Of a stretch of 64,000 bases of DNA, positions 50,727 through 59,528 are shown one piece after another. This stretch comes from an uncultured Acidobacteriota bacterium. Its GTDB lineage: Bacteria; Actinomycetota; Acidimicrobiia; Spongiisociales; ZC4RG35. Made by a program: the position numbers and the translations under genes. The stretch covers positions 32,001 to 96,000 of the forward strand of contig CAWHEU010000013.1 in assembly GCA_963828465.1 (NCBI GenBank), written 5' to 3'. The number at the start of each line of letters is the position of its first letter. Within the stretch, counting starts at the first letter, position 1. The notes below the pieces were generated by a model. The model saw only the letters and a list, made by a program, of their open reading frames with translations, was not told the DNA's origin and did not search any database.

Positions 50727-52081
50727 CGCGGCTCGAGTGCGAAAAGAATCCTCGTACCCGAGGAGAGACCGATCTCGTCGACGGTGACGAAGGACCCGTC
50801 GAGTATCCCCCGGAACTCCGACTCCTCGCCTCCGGGGTGAAGCTCGTGAGGGAGTTTGTTGCCGACGAGCTTGATCACCATCTCGTCCGAAGGGGACACG
50901 AACTCGACGACAACGGGACACCGGAACGATGCCAGCCATCGCACGACCTCACGGGGAGGGATGCTCGCTCCGTAGATCAGATGATGGATCACCCCGTAGG
51001 CGATGATCAGGTCGGGACGGGCGCGCTCCATCAAGGAGCCTCTCTCCTGCCCCGCCCAACCCTGGGAAGGTGACGGGTTGGCAAGGTCGGTGAGGGCGAC
51101 GGCGATCCCCGTGCCGGCACTGCCCCGATACACCTCGTCGAGCACGGGCTCATAGCTGTCGATGGCGATCGCCAGTGCTCCATTCTCGGCGGCTATACGG
51201 GAGAAATGGCCGTCGTTCGCCCCCAGGTCCACCACCCGCCCCGGAACGAACTTCTTCAGCGCCGAATCGAGGAAATCGCTCTTCGCCGTCCGGTCACGGG
51301 TGACGTGGCTGCACTCGACGTAGGTGGACCATCCCTCCTCGCCCTCGTCCACCGTGAGGGACTCGACCAACGACCGCAGCTTTTTCACATTGGCCAGGAT
51401 CAGATCGGCGGTGAATCCGGCCTCGCTCAACTCCTGACGCACGGAGCGATCGGCCATCCTCGACTCCATGCGGGCCTGGAGCCGGACATGGAGCAGGGCA
51501 CTGGTGTTGAAGCGCTTCCTCCCTGCGAGGAGCTTCGACATCTGGTCGGGCGTGGGTCCCTCCAGATCCCCGCGGAGCCAGGGCTGGAAGGGGACGCCGA
51601 CCCAGGCCCGAAGCATCAGCGGGAACAGGAACTGACGGGTGAACTGTCGATAGCCGATCCAGGGCTCGCCTTGGCGATAAGTCTCGAACGAGCCGATATC
51701 GATGAACACCGGCCGCCCATCGACGAACTGGATGTTGTACGGCGTGGCGTCCTTGATCGTGAGTCCCGCCGAAAGCGCTCCCTCGAGCAGGTCGAGCTGG
51801 AGCAAAGCGGCATCCCGCAGCATCGAGAAGGTCCACTCGTAGGGATAGGTGATCAGATCGAGTCGTGGGTGCCTCAATGCACCGGCGCTGCCGTCAGGTG
51901 GATCGATCTCCACTGAATCGATGAGCCGGCCGTCGGCCACCGCATTGCGAAAGAAATCCGTCGCGGAGAGGGCGCGCCACCCCTCGAGCCCTCGCTCGTC
52001 GAGGAGACGCATCACTCTGTCGCCGTCGATGACGACGCGGGAGGCCGGGTCTCGGAACGACCCGGGGTCGGGCGTGCTCAT
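50723..52081 (-). CDS. NoeA-like protein: kinase-like N-domain + SAM methyltransferase
   Basis: GSFRDP, ITYPYEW.FSML, KDATPYNIQF...FIDIGSF, VVDLGANDG. Confidence 0.85.
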   Translation of the reverse strand: MSTPDPGSFRDPASRVVIDGDRVMRLLDERGLEGWRALSATDFFRNAVADGRLIDSVEIDPPDGSAGALRHPRLDLITYPYEWTFSMLRDAALLQLDLLEGALSAGLTIKDATPYNIQFVDGRPVFIDIGSFETYRQGEPWIGYRQFTRQFLFPLMLRAWVGVPFQPWLRGDLEGPTPDQMSKLLAGRKRFNTSALLHVRLQARMESRMADRSVRQELSEAGFTADLILANVKKLRSLVESLTVDEGEEGWSTYVECSHVTRDRTAKSDFLDSALKKFVPGRVVDLGANDGHFSRIAAENGALAIAIDSYEPVLDEVYRGSAGTGIAVALTDLANPSPSQGWAGQERGSLMERARPDLIIAYGVIHHLIYGASIPPREVVRWLASFRCPVVVEFVSPSDEMVIKLVGNKLPHELHPGGEESEFRGILDGSFVTVDEIGLSSGTRILFALEPR

Positions 52082-52090
52082 GGAGAGATG

Positions 52091-52282
52091 TCAGGACTCG
52101 GCGGGAAGCGCCGCGTCTCCAGCGTTCTCCTCGTCACCGTCGTGCTCGGAATCAGGGTCGACCTTGCCGAGGCCGCGTCTGGCGCGGTAGGCCTTGTAGG
52201 CGACACCGATGCCTGTGAGTCCCCCGATGACAGCCTGCAGGATCAGGCTGCCTGAGCCCGGGTCCAGATAACCAAAGATCAT
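52091..52282 (-). CDS. Small membrane protein with YLDPGSGS motif
   Basis: YLDPGSGSLILQAVIGG + TM + acidic tail; AGGAG RBS. Confidence 0.8.
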   Translation of the reverse strand: MIFGYLDPGSGSLILQAVIGGLTGIGVAYKAYRARRGLGKVDPDSEHDGDEENAGDAALPAES

Positions 52283-52423
52283 TCTTCAACTCCTATGAGG
52301 GCACAGGTTGCCTGTGCCGGGCCATTGTTATCTAGATCGGGAATCAAGCAAACCAATCTGACACGTCCGGTTAACCCGGATGTCGTGATCCGTTCCCGAT
52401 AGGGCGCGGTATCGGCGTCCCGC

Positions 52424-52768
52424 TCAAACGTCCCGCAACCTCCGCAGCTCATCTCTCTCCTCGCGCCGCCGCCGCCGTCGCTTGCGATAGCTGACACCGA
52501 TGAGCTCGGTCAGCAGGATCACGACGCCGACGGTAATCAGGATCACGATGGCCAGCGGGTGCTCTCCTTCCATCCAGAGGAACCTGACCGGCACCGGATC
52601 GGTGTTCTGGACGGCGAAGACGATGATCAAGGCGATCCCGGCGAAGGCGAAGATGGCCCCCCACGCGATCCCCGTGGGTTCCGGGCTGCGAGTCGGCGCC
52701 TCGACTGCGTCGGGCTCCGCAGGAGGCTCTTCCTCGGCCCGGAACGGGTCCTGATGCTCGTCGGTCAT
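52424..52768 (-). CDS. LapA/DUF1049 family membrane protein
   Basis: IVFAVQNTDPVPVRFL.W, second TM, basic coiled-coil tail. Confidence 0.85.
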   Translation of the reverse strand: MTDEHQDPFRAEEEPPAEPDAVEAPTRSPEPTGIAWGAIFAFAGIALIIVFAVQNTDPVPVRFLWMEGEHPLAIVILITVGVVILLTELIGVSYRKRRRRRREERDELRRLRDV

Positions 52769-52779
52769 CCGGGTCGATC

Positions 52780-54123
52780 CTATGTCATGGCCGCCGGGGT
52801 TCGTAGCGCAGCCCGATTGCGTCGACCCTCTTCGATGTCGACCGACCTGAACAGGATGCCGCCCGCAATGAAGAAGAAGGCGATCGAGAGAATCGCCAGT
52901 CGGGCCGAGCCGGTCACCTGGCGGACGAAGGCGAACATCCAGGGCCCCCAGATCGCGCTGAACTTGGAGAACACCGAGTAGAAGCCATAGAACTCCGCTG
53001 ATTGATCCTCGGGGATCATCGATCCGTACAGACTCCTCGACAACGCCTGGGTGCCGCCGAGGACGAAGCCGATCACCGCAGCGAGGGCAAGGAAGGGCGC
53101 TGCCTCGCCGGTCGGAAGGAAGAAGGCGGCAAGGGTCACCGCCGACCAGACCGCGATGCTGGCCAGGAGTGCGGGCTTGGTGCCGACCCTGTCGGCGAGA
53201 CGACCGAAGCCGATCGCGCCGAAGAAGGCGATGAACTGCACGAGGAGCACTCCGACGATCACGATCGTGATGCCCAGATCCAAGGTCTCGGTGGCGTAGA
53301 TCGCCGCAAGGGCGATCGTGGTCTGCACCCCGTCGTTGAACAGCATGAAGGCGATGATGAACACGAGCAGTGGCCGGTTGTGGACCACCTTCTTCAGCGT
53401 GGCAAACGTCCGGCTGAACCCGAACCGCGTGTATGCCCTCCAGGTCGGCGTGACAGCACCGGGGAGCTCCTGGGCGATACCCACCCGGGGCAGGTTCTTG
53501 AATGCCGCCACCCCGAATCCCAGCCACCAGAGCCCGGCCGAACCGATGGCGATCCTGGTGGCCAGGGCGGTGTCGATCGGGATGAGGCCGTCGCTGAGCT
53601 GGATCAGCGCCAGGGAGAGAAGGAGATGGAGCCCACCACCGAGGTACCCCCAGGCGAACCCCCTCGAGCTGACCATGTCGATGGTGTCGTCGGTGGTGAG
53701 GTCGGGGAGAAAGGCGTCGTAGAAGACGTTGGCCCCGACGAACCCGAGGTGAGCGAGGAGGAAGAGGCCGAGTGTGAGCAGCACGTCGCCGGTGGCGGCA
53801 AAGAACAGGAGTGAGGTGAAGATGGCCCCCCACGTGGCGAACACCACGAGAAAGCGCCGTTTCGACCCCGAGAAATCCGCGATCGCCCCGAGTACCGGTG
53901 TCGCCAGGAACATGATCAGGGGCCCGGCACCGACGGCGAGGGCCCATAGGTCCTGACCGGTCCAATTGCGACCGATGAGGTCGACGCCGCCGTCGCCCAC
54001 GACCTCGGCGGCGAAGTAGGCGGGGAGCACGGCGGCCAGGATCGTCGTGGCATAGGCCGAGTTGGCCCAGTCATATGTGATCCAGGCCCGGATGCTGCCC
54101 GGATCGTTCTGATGCTCGGCCAC
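52780..54123 (-). CDS. MFS transporter, UMF1/ATG22-like
   Basis: AWITYDWANSAY, FYDAFLP, SSRGFAWGYLGG, QALSRS, AEFYGFY. Confidence 0.9.
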   Translation of the reverse strand: MAEHQNDPGSIRAWITYDWANSAYATTILAAVLPAYFAAEVVGDGGVDLIGRNWTGQDLWALAVGAGPLIMFLATPVLGAIADFSGSKRRFLVVFATWGAIFTSLLFFAATGDVLLTLGLFLLAHLGFVGANVFYDAFLPDLTTDDTIDMVSSRGFAWGYLGGGLHLLLSLALIQLSDGLIPIDTALATRIAIGSAGLWWLGFGVAAFKNLPRVGIAQELPGAVTPTWRAYTRFGFSRTFATLKKVVHNRPLLVFIIAFMLFNDGVQTTIALAAIYATETLDLGITIVIVGVLLVQFIAFFGAIGFGRLADRVGTKPALLASIAVWSAVTLAAFFLPTGEAAPFLALAAVIGFVLGGTQALSRSLYGSMIPEDQSAEFYGFYSVFSKFSAIWGPWMFAFVRQVTGSARLAILSIAFFFIAGGILFRSVDIEEGRRNRAALRTPAAMT

Positions 54124-54155
54124 GATTTGCGGAACATATACCTAGCGTGTCCAGC

Positions 54156-55366
54156 ATGCGCCGCCTTCTCATCCCCGTTCTATGTCTCGTGGCCGCATGC
54201 ACCGCGGAGTCCGAGCCGGAGCCGGAGCCGACCACTTCGACCATCCCGGCCGTCACGACGTCGACGAGTGCCGAAACCACCATTCCTGAGACCACGTCCA
54301 CGTCCGCTCCGGCAGAAGTGCCACTACGAGTGCCCCGGCTACCACCTCCACGCTCGCCCTGGACGAGACGGTTCTGGCCTACCAGCCCGTGGCAGATCTC
54401 AACTTCCCGGTTCAGCTCACCTCCCGGGCCGGAGAGGCGCATTCCTACGTCATAACGAAGGACGGGCGCGTCTGGCTCTACGACGGGAGTGCCATCGCAG
54501 AGGCGCCTGTGCTCGACATCCTGGAAAGAGTCCGCAACGACGGGGAGCAGGGTTTGCTCTCGATGGCGCTTCACCCGACGGATCCGGCTCGGTTCTATCT
54601 CCACTATTCGGATACTTCGGGTGACACCGTTGTCTCCGAGTTCACTTTCACCAGCCCGGAGCAGGCAGACCCGGCCAGCGAACGTGTGCTGCTCGAGGTC
54701 GACCAGCCCGCAGGCAATCACAACGGCGGGATGATCCAGTTCGCCCCCGATGGCTCCCTGATCCTCGGTCTCGGCGACGGCGGCGGTGCGGGGGATAGTT
54801 TCCAAAACGGCCAGAATCCGGACACACTTCTCGGCGGATTGGTGAGCATTGGCGTCGAGGGTGCCGACCCGAACCCGACCAAGTACGCGATGGGACTGCG
54901 CAACCCGTGGAGGTTCTGGATCGAGGGAGAGACGATCTACATCGCCGATGTCGGCCAGAACACGTACGAGGAGGTCTCGATCGTTCCACTGCAGCCGGAC
55001 CACAACTTCGGATGGCCCATTCTCGAAGGAATGAATTGCTTCAGCTCATCCGACTGTGATGGGACCGGGATGGTGACGCCCGTCCTCGAGGTCGAGCACG
55101 GCGACGCCGGCACTTGCTCCATCACAGGTGGGCCCGTCTACGGCGGAGCGTCCCTTCCCCAGTTGGTCGGTCACTACTTCTACTCCGACTATTGCGGCGG
55201 GTATCTGCGCAGCTTTCTCTTCGCAGATGGTGCCGCCTCCGAGCTTCGGGACTGGACCGAGCAGGTCGGCATGCCCGGGCAGGTGACCGGTTTCGGCGTC
55301 GACGGGGCGGGCGAGATGTATGTCACCACGACCAACCAGCTGTTGAAGGTGGTTGCCGGCGGCTGA
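54156..55366 (+). CDS. PQQ-dependent sugar dehydrogenase lipoprotein, frameshifted at ~54321
   Basis: Lipobox LVAAC, Thr-rich linker, then GEQGLLSMALHP, NHNGG, GLGDGG, GLRNPWR, ADVGQ in the next frame. Confidence 0.88.
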
Positions 55367-55391
55367 ACCCGGGGCCGATATTCTCGGCGCG

Positions 55392-55814
55392 ATGCCGACA
55401 CTGTTCACCCGCATCATCGAGGGAGAGATACCCGGCACATTCGTGTGGCGGGATGATCTATGTGTTGCGTTTCTGTCTATCAACCCCTTGCGGCGAGGGC
55501 ACACCCTCGTCGTGCCGAAGCTGGAGATCGACCATTGGATCGATTGTCCGCCAGAGCTGTCGAATCACCTGTTCACCGTCGCCGGTCACATCGGCAAGGC
55601 ACTACAGAACGTCTTTCAGCCGACAAGGGTCGGTCTGATGATTGCCGGTCTGGAGGTTCCACACATGCACATCCACGTGGTCCCGATGGATGGCATGCAC
55701 GACCTGGATTTCTCCAATGCGGCCGCCTCGGTCGAGCGTGAGGATCTCGACGAGGCCGCCGGCGCGATTCGCAATGAGCTCGAGGTCATGGGTCTGCCCG
55801 GGGCCAACAGCTAG
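55392..55814 (+). CDS. HIT family hydrolase
   Basis: LFTRIIEGEIP, GHTLVVP, HMHIHVVP histidine triad. Confidence 0.95.
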   Translation: MPTLFTRIIEGEIPGTFVWRDDLCVAFLSINPLRRGHTLVVPKLEIDHWIDCPPELSNHLFTVAGHIGKALQNVFQPTRVGLMIAGLEVPHMHIHVVPMDGMHDLDFSNAAASVEREDLDEAAGAIRNELEVMGLPGANS

Positions 55815-56645
55815 GTGGAGGTAATCCTCGGGGGCATCAGCTCCCTCCTCTACGGAGTCGCCGACTTCCTGGGTGGAGAGGGAGCCAAGCGCGCTCCGGC
55901 CGCGGCCATCGTCCTCTGGGCGGGAGTGATCAGCTTCCCGATGATCCTCGTGGTCGCTTTGGTCGTAGGTGGCGACACGGGGCCTGTCGACCTCCTGCTC
56001 GGGGCAGCAGCCGGGATCGCCGGCGCCATAGGTCTCGTGTCCTTGTTCGCCGGGCTCAGTCGGGGCAACGCCGCTGCCGTCGCCCCAACAGCTGCCGCCG
56101 TGGCCGCGGTGCTACCGGTGATAGTGGCGGTCGTAGGTGGCGAGCGTCCCAGCACCCTCGCCTGGGTTGGGGTGGCGGTCGCGGTCCCGGCGATCGTTCT
56201 CAGCTCATGGGTGGCGGACCCGGGCGAGACACCACGGGGCCGATTCGGATATGGGCTGGCCGCCGGGCTCGGGTTCGGTGGCTTCACCTCGATCATCGGG
56301 TTCACCGATCCAGAGTCGAATCTGCTCCCGCTCATCACGTCGCGAGCGGCGACCATGCTGGCGGTTCTGGCGCTGACTGGCCTCGGCGTCTGGAAGCTCG
56401 TCGGATTTGGCTCGGTGCCCCGGCGCTTGGTCCTGGGGAATGCCGTCCTCGACGTGAGCGGCAACGTAGCCCTCCTGCTCGCCGTGCGGGCCGGCTCGCT
56501 CGCCCTGGCCGCGGTCGCCGCTTCCTTCTACCCGGCCGTCACCGTGCTGCTCGCCCGGCTGGTGAACGCCGAGCACCTCCGCTCACGGCAGATCGTGGGC
56601 CTTGTTCTCACAATCGTGGCCATGGCTGCGATCGCCTTTGGCTGA
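55815..56645 (+). CDS. EamA/DMT family transporter
   Basis: About ten TMs, YGVADFLGG, SFYPAVTVLLA. Confidence 0.88.
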   Translation: MEVILGGISSLLYGVADFLGGEGAKRAPAAAIVLWAGVISFPMILVVALVVGGDTGPVDLLLGAAAGIAGAIGLVSLFAGLSRGNAAAVAPTAAAVAAVLPVIVAVVGGERPSTLAWVGVAVAVPAIVLSSWVADPGETPRGRFGYGLAAGLGFGGFTSIIGFTDPESNLLPLITSRAATMLAVLALTGLGVWKLVGFGSVPRRLVLGNAVLDVSGNVALLLAVRAGSLALAAVAASFYPAVTVLLARLVNAEHLRSRQIVGLVLTIVAMAAIAFG

Positions 56646-56651
56646 GCACGA

Positions 56652-57086
56652 TCAGCCGCGGACCACCAGCCAGGTCCCCCCGATGACGAGAGCAACGCCG
56701 ACAACACGCATCGCGTCCAGAGAGCGCCCGTCCCCGAACCAGCCGAAATGCTCGATCAGGGCGCCGAGAATGAGTGTGGCCGCGGTAAACAAAGTCAGTC
56801 CGGCTCCGAGACCCAGATTGGCCACGCTGACCCCCAACGAGGCCACGACTACGAGCCCCATGAGACCAGCCCCGAACACCCACCACGGCAGTTCCCTCAA
56901 CTCCGATAACCGGTTCCCCTGAAAGACCACCATCAGGATGGTCACGGCCAATCCGCCCCCGGCATAGGTGACGAAGGTCGAGGCGAGCGTCCCCACTCTC
57001 TCCTCCATCACACCGAGGAATTGTGACTGGAGGGCCCCGGCCAAGCCTCCGAGGACTGCGATCAGCACCACGACTATGAGTGTCAT
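56652..57086 (-). CDS. DMT family transporter (YdcZ-like)
   Basis: ALQ, PWWVFGAG..G, IEHFGWFG motifs. Confidence 0.85.
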   Translation of the reverse strand: MTLIVVVLIAVLGGLAGALQSQFLGVMEERVGTLASTFVTYAGGGLAVTILMVVFQGNRLSELRELPWWVFGAGLMGLVVVASLGVSVANLGLGAGLTLFTAATLILGALIEHFGWFGDGRSLDAMRVVGVALVIGGTWLVVRG

Positions 57087-57221
57087 CTCACCCGCCAGGA
57101 TGGTCGCTTCCGGTCCGGTGGAGGCGGATCTGCCCGAACCTACGATGGGGTCATAGCCGAGTCACCCGTCCGAGCACGGCCCTTCCGCCCGGCCGTCGCC
57201 ACACTTCTCTTCCTGAAGCTG

Positions 57222-58355
57222 GTGGCCAACATCGGCTTCCGCTTCGTCTATCCCTTCTTGCCTGCCATCGCCCGAGGGCTGGGAATCGACCTGACGCAGG
57301 CTGGTGCGCTCGTATCGGTCCGCTGGGCCGGTGCCCTGACCACGCCCGCCTTCATGTCGTTTTCCGGAACACGAGGGCGAAGCCGTCGTCTTCTCGTCGC
57401 AGGACTGGCACTGTTCTCAATCGGCTCGATCGTCACCGCATGGACCGGGGTGTATGTCGGGGCGGTGATCGGCTTCGCCCTGGTCGGCCTGGCCAAACCG
57501 ATGATCGACGTCAGCTCCCAGGTCTATGTGTCCGAACGGGTGGCCTACGGGGAGCGTGCTCGGTACCTCGGGATCCTGGAGATCGCATGGGCCGGCGGGC
57601 TGCTGATCGGCGCCCCGCTCGCCGGATGGCTGATCGAGAACTGGAGTTGGAAGGCCCCGTTCTGGGTGGTTGGCTCCGTCGGGCTCCTCGGCATCGGGCT
57701 GGCCTTGTACTTCCTGGACCGGAGAGACGACTCCGTGGCCGGCGTGATGGCGGCGGACAGCCCCGGTCGTCAGGTGGCGCTGGTCCTGGTGACGGTGGCT
57801 CTGTTCGGTTTCACCCATGAGTCGCTACTGGTCGTGCTTGGCGGGTGGCTCGAAGGCAGCTTCGAGTTGAGTCTCATCGCACTCGGCGGCGTCGGCACGC
57901 TCATCGGGGTTTCCGAGCTGGCCGGCGAGGTATCGATGGCCGCCTTCACCGATCGCATCGGGAAACGGAACTCACTGGCCCTCGGGCTGGGCGTCGCCGC
58001 CGTCGCCCTCTTGGTGCTCTCGGCGGTCTCCGATCAGCTACTGGCGGCGATGGCGGTCCTTATCGTCGTCAGTGTCGCCATCGAGTTCGGGATCATCTCG
58101 GCCATCCCCTTGACCACAGAGCTACGGCCGCGAGCCCGGGCGCGCCTCCTCTCGCTTCTCATCGTCGCCAGCGGGCTGGGGCGGATCGTCGGGGACCTCG
58201 TCGCCCCACGTGTGTTCGCAGCCGGCGGTATGCAGTCGGTCACGTTGATGGCGGCCATAGTGGCGCTGGCCGCATTGATCGTGGTTCTCACTGGCGTGCG
58301 AGAGGTCACGGCCGGCTCCGGGGATCAAGAGGATCCGGCGGCGATCACCTCGTAG
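57222..58355 (+). CDS. MFS transporter (start may extend to ATA 57153)
   Basis: RFVYPFLPAIARGLG, FTDRIGKRN, about twelve TMs. Confidence 0.85.
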   Translation: MANIGFRFVYPFLPAIARGLGIDLTQAGALVSVRWAGALTTPAFMSFSGTRGRSRRLLVAGLALFSIGSIVTAWTGVYVGAVIGFALVGLAKPMIDVSSQVYVSERVAYGERARYLGILEIAWAGGLLIGAPLAGWLIENWSWKAPFWVVGSVGLLGIGLALYFLDRRDDSVAGVMAADSPGRQVALVLVTVALFGFTHESLLVVLGGWLEGSFELSLIALGGVGTLIGVSELAGEVSMAAFTDRIGKRNSLALGLGVAAVALLVLSAVSDQLLAAMAVLIVVSVAIEFGIISAIPLTTELRPRARARLLSLLIVASGLGRIVGDLVAPRVFAAGGMQSVTLMAAIVALAALIVVLTGVREVTAGSGDQEDPAAITS

Positions 58356-59473
58356 CGCCGGATCGTGGATTCGAGATAGGCCATGGCAGCGTCGAACCCC
58401 TCCCGGGCCTGATTTGTCGTGTAGGACAGCACCCTGGTCAGCCAGAGGCGAAAGGCCAGCGACTCCCATGCCACGTCGCCGAGAGCGAAGCCCTCCATCA
58501 GAAAACCGTGCGCCATGTGCCAACGGTCGGCGTCCATCAGCTCGAATCTCGGCCGGGTCGGATGGTCGAGGAGGAGATCGGACAGATCCAGGGGCAGGCT
58601 CTCGGCGAGATGGATCTCGTCGGCGCTCCAGTCCGCGTCGAGCAGACGGACCGTGCCTTCCACGTCATACGCCGTGATCTGTTTCAGATCCTCCGGGACC
58701 GGGGCGGGCGGGTCGGTGGCATGTCTGGCGCCAGGCGCTGGGCCCGGTCGGCCCGACAGTGATGCAGCCGCATCCAGGCACTCGATCAGCATCTCTCGCA
58801 ACTCGTCGAGCGACCCATAGAGGGCGTGTCGCTTCCCGTCGGCAACGTGATGCTCATAGAAGCCGATGTCCATCACCGAGGTGGCATAGGTCAAAACCGT
58901 GTCTATTCCCCAGTCGGAGCGACTTCGCACCAGATCGGAGGAGGCCAGGGTCTCAACCGCCGGCCGGGTGAGCAGGACTTCACCGCCGAGCGGCTGGTCG
59001 AGCCTCGGAAGGAAGGTCCCCGGGAATAGACGGGCCAGGGCGGGTCTGGTGATCATCCAGGTGATCATTGCGTCGGTCGCGGCTCGGGGGAACCGGTGCC
59101 TCACCACGCCAAAGCCGCGGTCGGCCGCCGCCTCGGCCCCGTCGATCCATGACGCGTCGAAGTTGGTGATGTCGGCGTCGTAGAAATGGACCCGATCCCG
59201 GCCCTGTCCCGCGGCGAGGGCCAAGGCAGTGTTCATCGCGTCGCCTTTGCCCGACCGGTAGGTGCCCAGCCGCTCCTGAATGATCACCTCGACTGGCTTG
59301 GCATGGGCGCCGGACACGTCCTTCGCCATGTCTCGCACTGCCGCCTCCGCCCCGCTTTCCTCTGAAGCCACCGCCCATACCTCGTTGATGGCGGGGTGAG
59401 CTGCTGCAGTGGCGAGATTGGAGACGACCAGCGACGGCTCCTCCGACTTGAAGGGGAACACCGCCAGGCTCAC
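58325..59473 (-). CDS. mgs: Mannosylglycerate synthase (GT78, Rhodothermus type)
   Basis: MSL.VFPFK.E, QERLGT.R.GKGD.MNTAL, HFYDADIT, FPRA.TDAMITWMITR, QPLGGE, RSDWGIDT, GK.H.LYG are collinear with R. marinus Mgs as I recall it. Confidence 0.88.
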   Translation of the reverse strand: MSLAVFPFKSEEPSLVVSNLATAAAHPAINEVWAVASEESGAEAAVRDMAKDVSGAHAKPVEVIIQERLGTYRSGKGDAMNTALALAAGQGRDRVHFYDADITNFDASWIDGAEAAADRGFGVVRHRFPRAATDAMITWMITRPALARLFPGTFLPRLDQPLGGEVLLTRPAVETLASSDLVRSRSDWGIDTVLTYATSVMDIGFYEHHVADGKRHALYGSLDELREMLIECLDAAASLSGRPGPAPGARHATDPPAPVPEDLKQITAYDVEGTVRLLDADWSADEIHLAESLPLDLSDLLLDHPTRPRFELMDADRWHMAHGFLMEGFALGDVAWESLAFRLWLTRVLSYTTNQAREGFDAAMAYLESTIRRYEVIAAGSS

Positions 59474-59499
59474 CCGGCGAGCCTAGGTGGCCCTCGATC

Positions 59500-59521
59500 T
59501 GTCCCTCCCCGGGTCTACGCT
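59500..59521 (+). promoter_or_regulatory. PafBC/RecA-NDp-like leaderless promoter of herA
   Basis: TGTCCC-N10-TACGCT, ending 7 nt before ATG 59529. Confidence 0.6.
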
Positions 59522-59528
59522 CGGCCAG

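Noticed and set aside
52091-52282. YLDPGSGS protein as a RiPP precursor
   Set aside because: It looks like a TM protein; no peptidase, RRE-bearing enzyme or peptide exporter recognised nearby; not fully excluded
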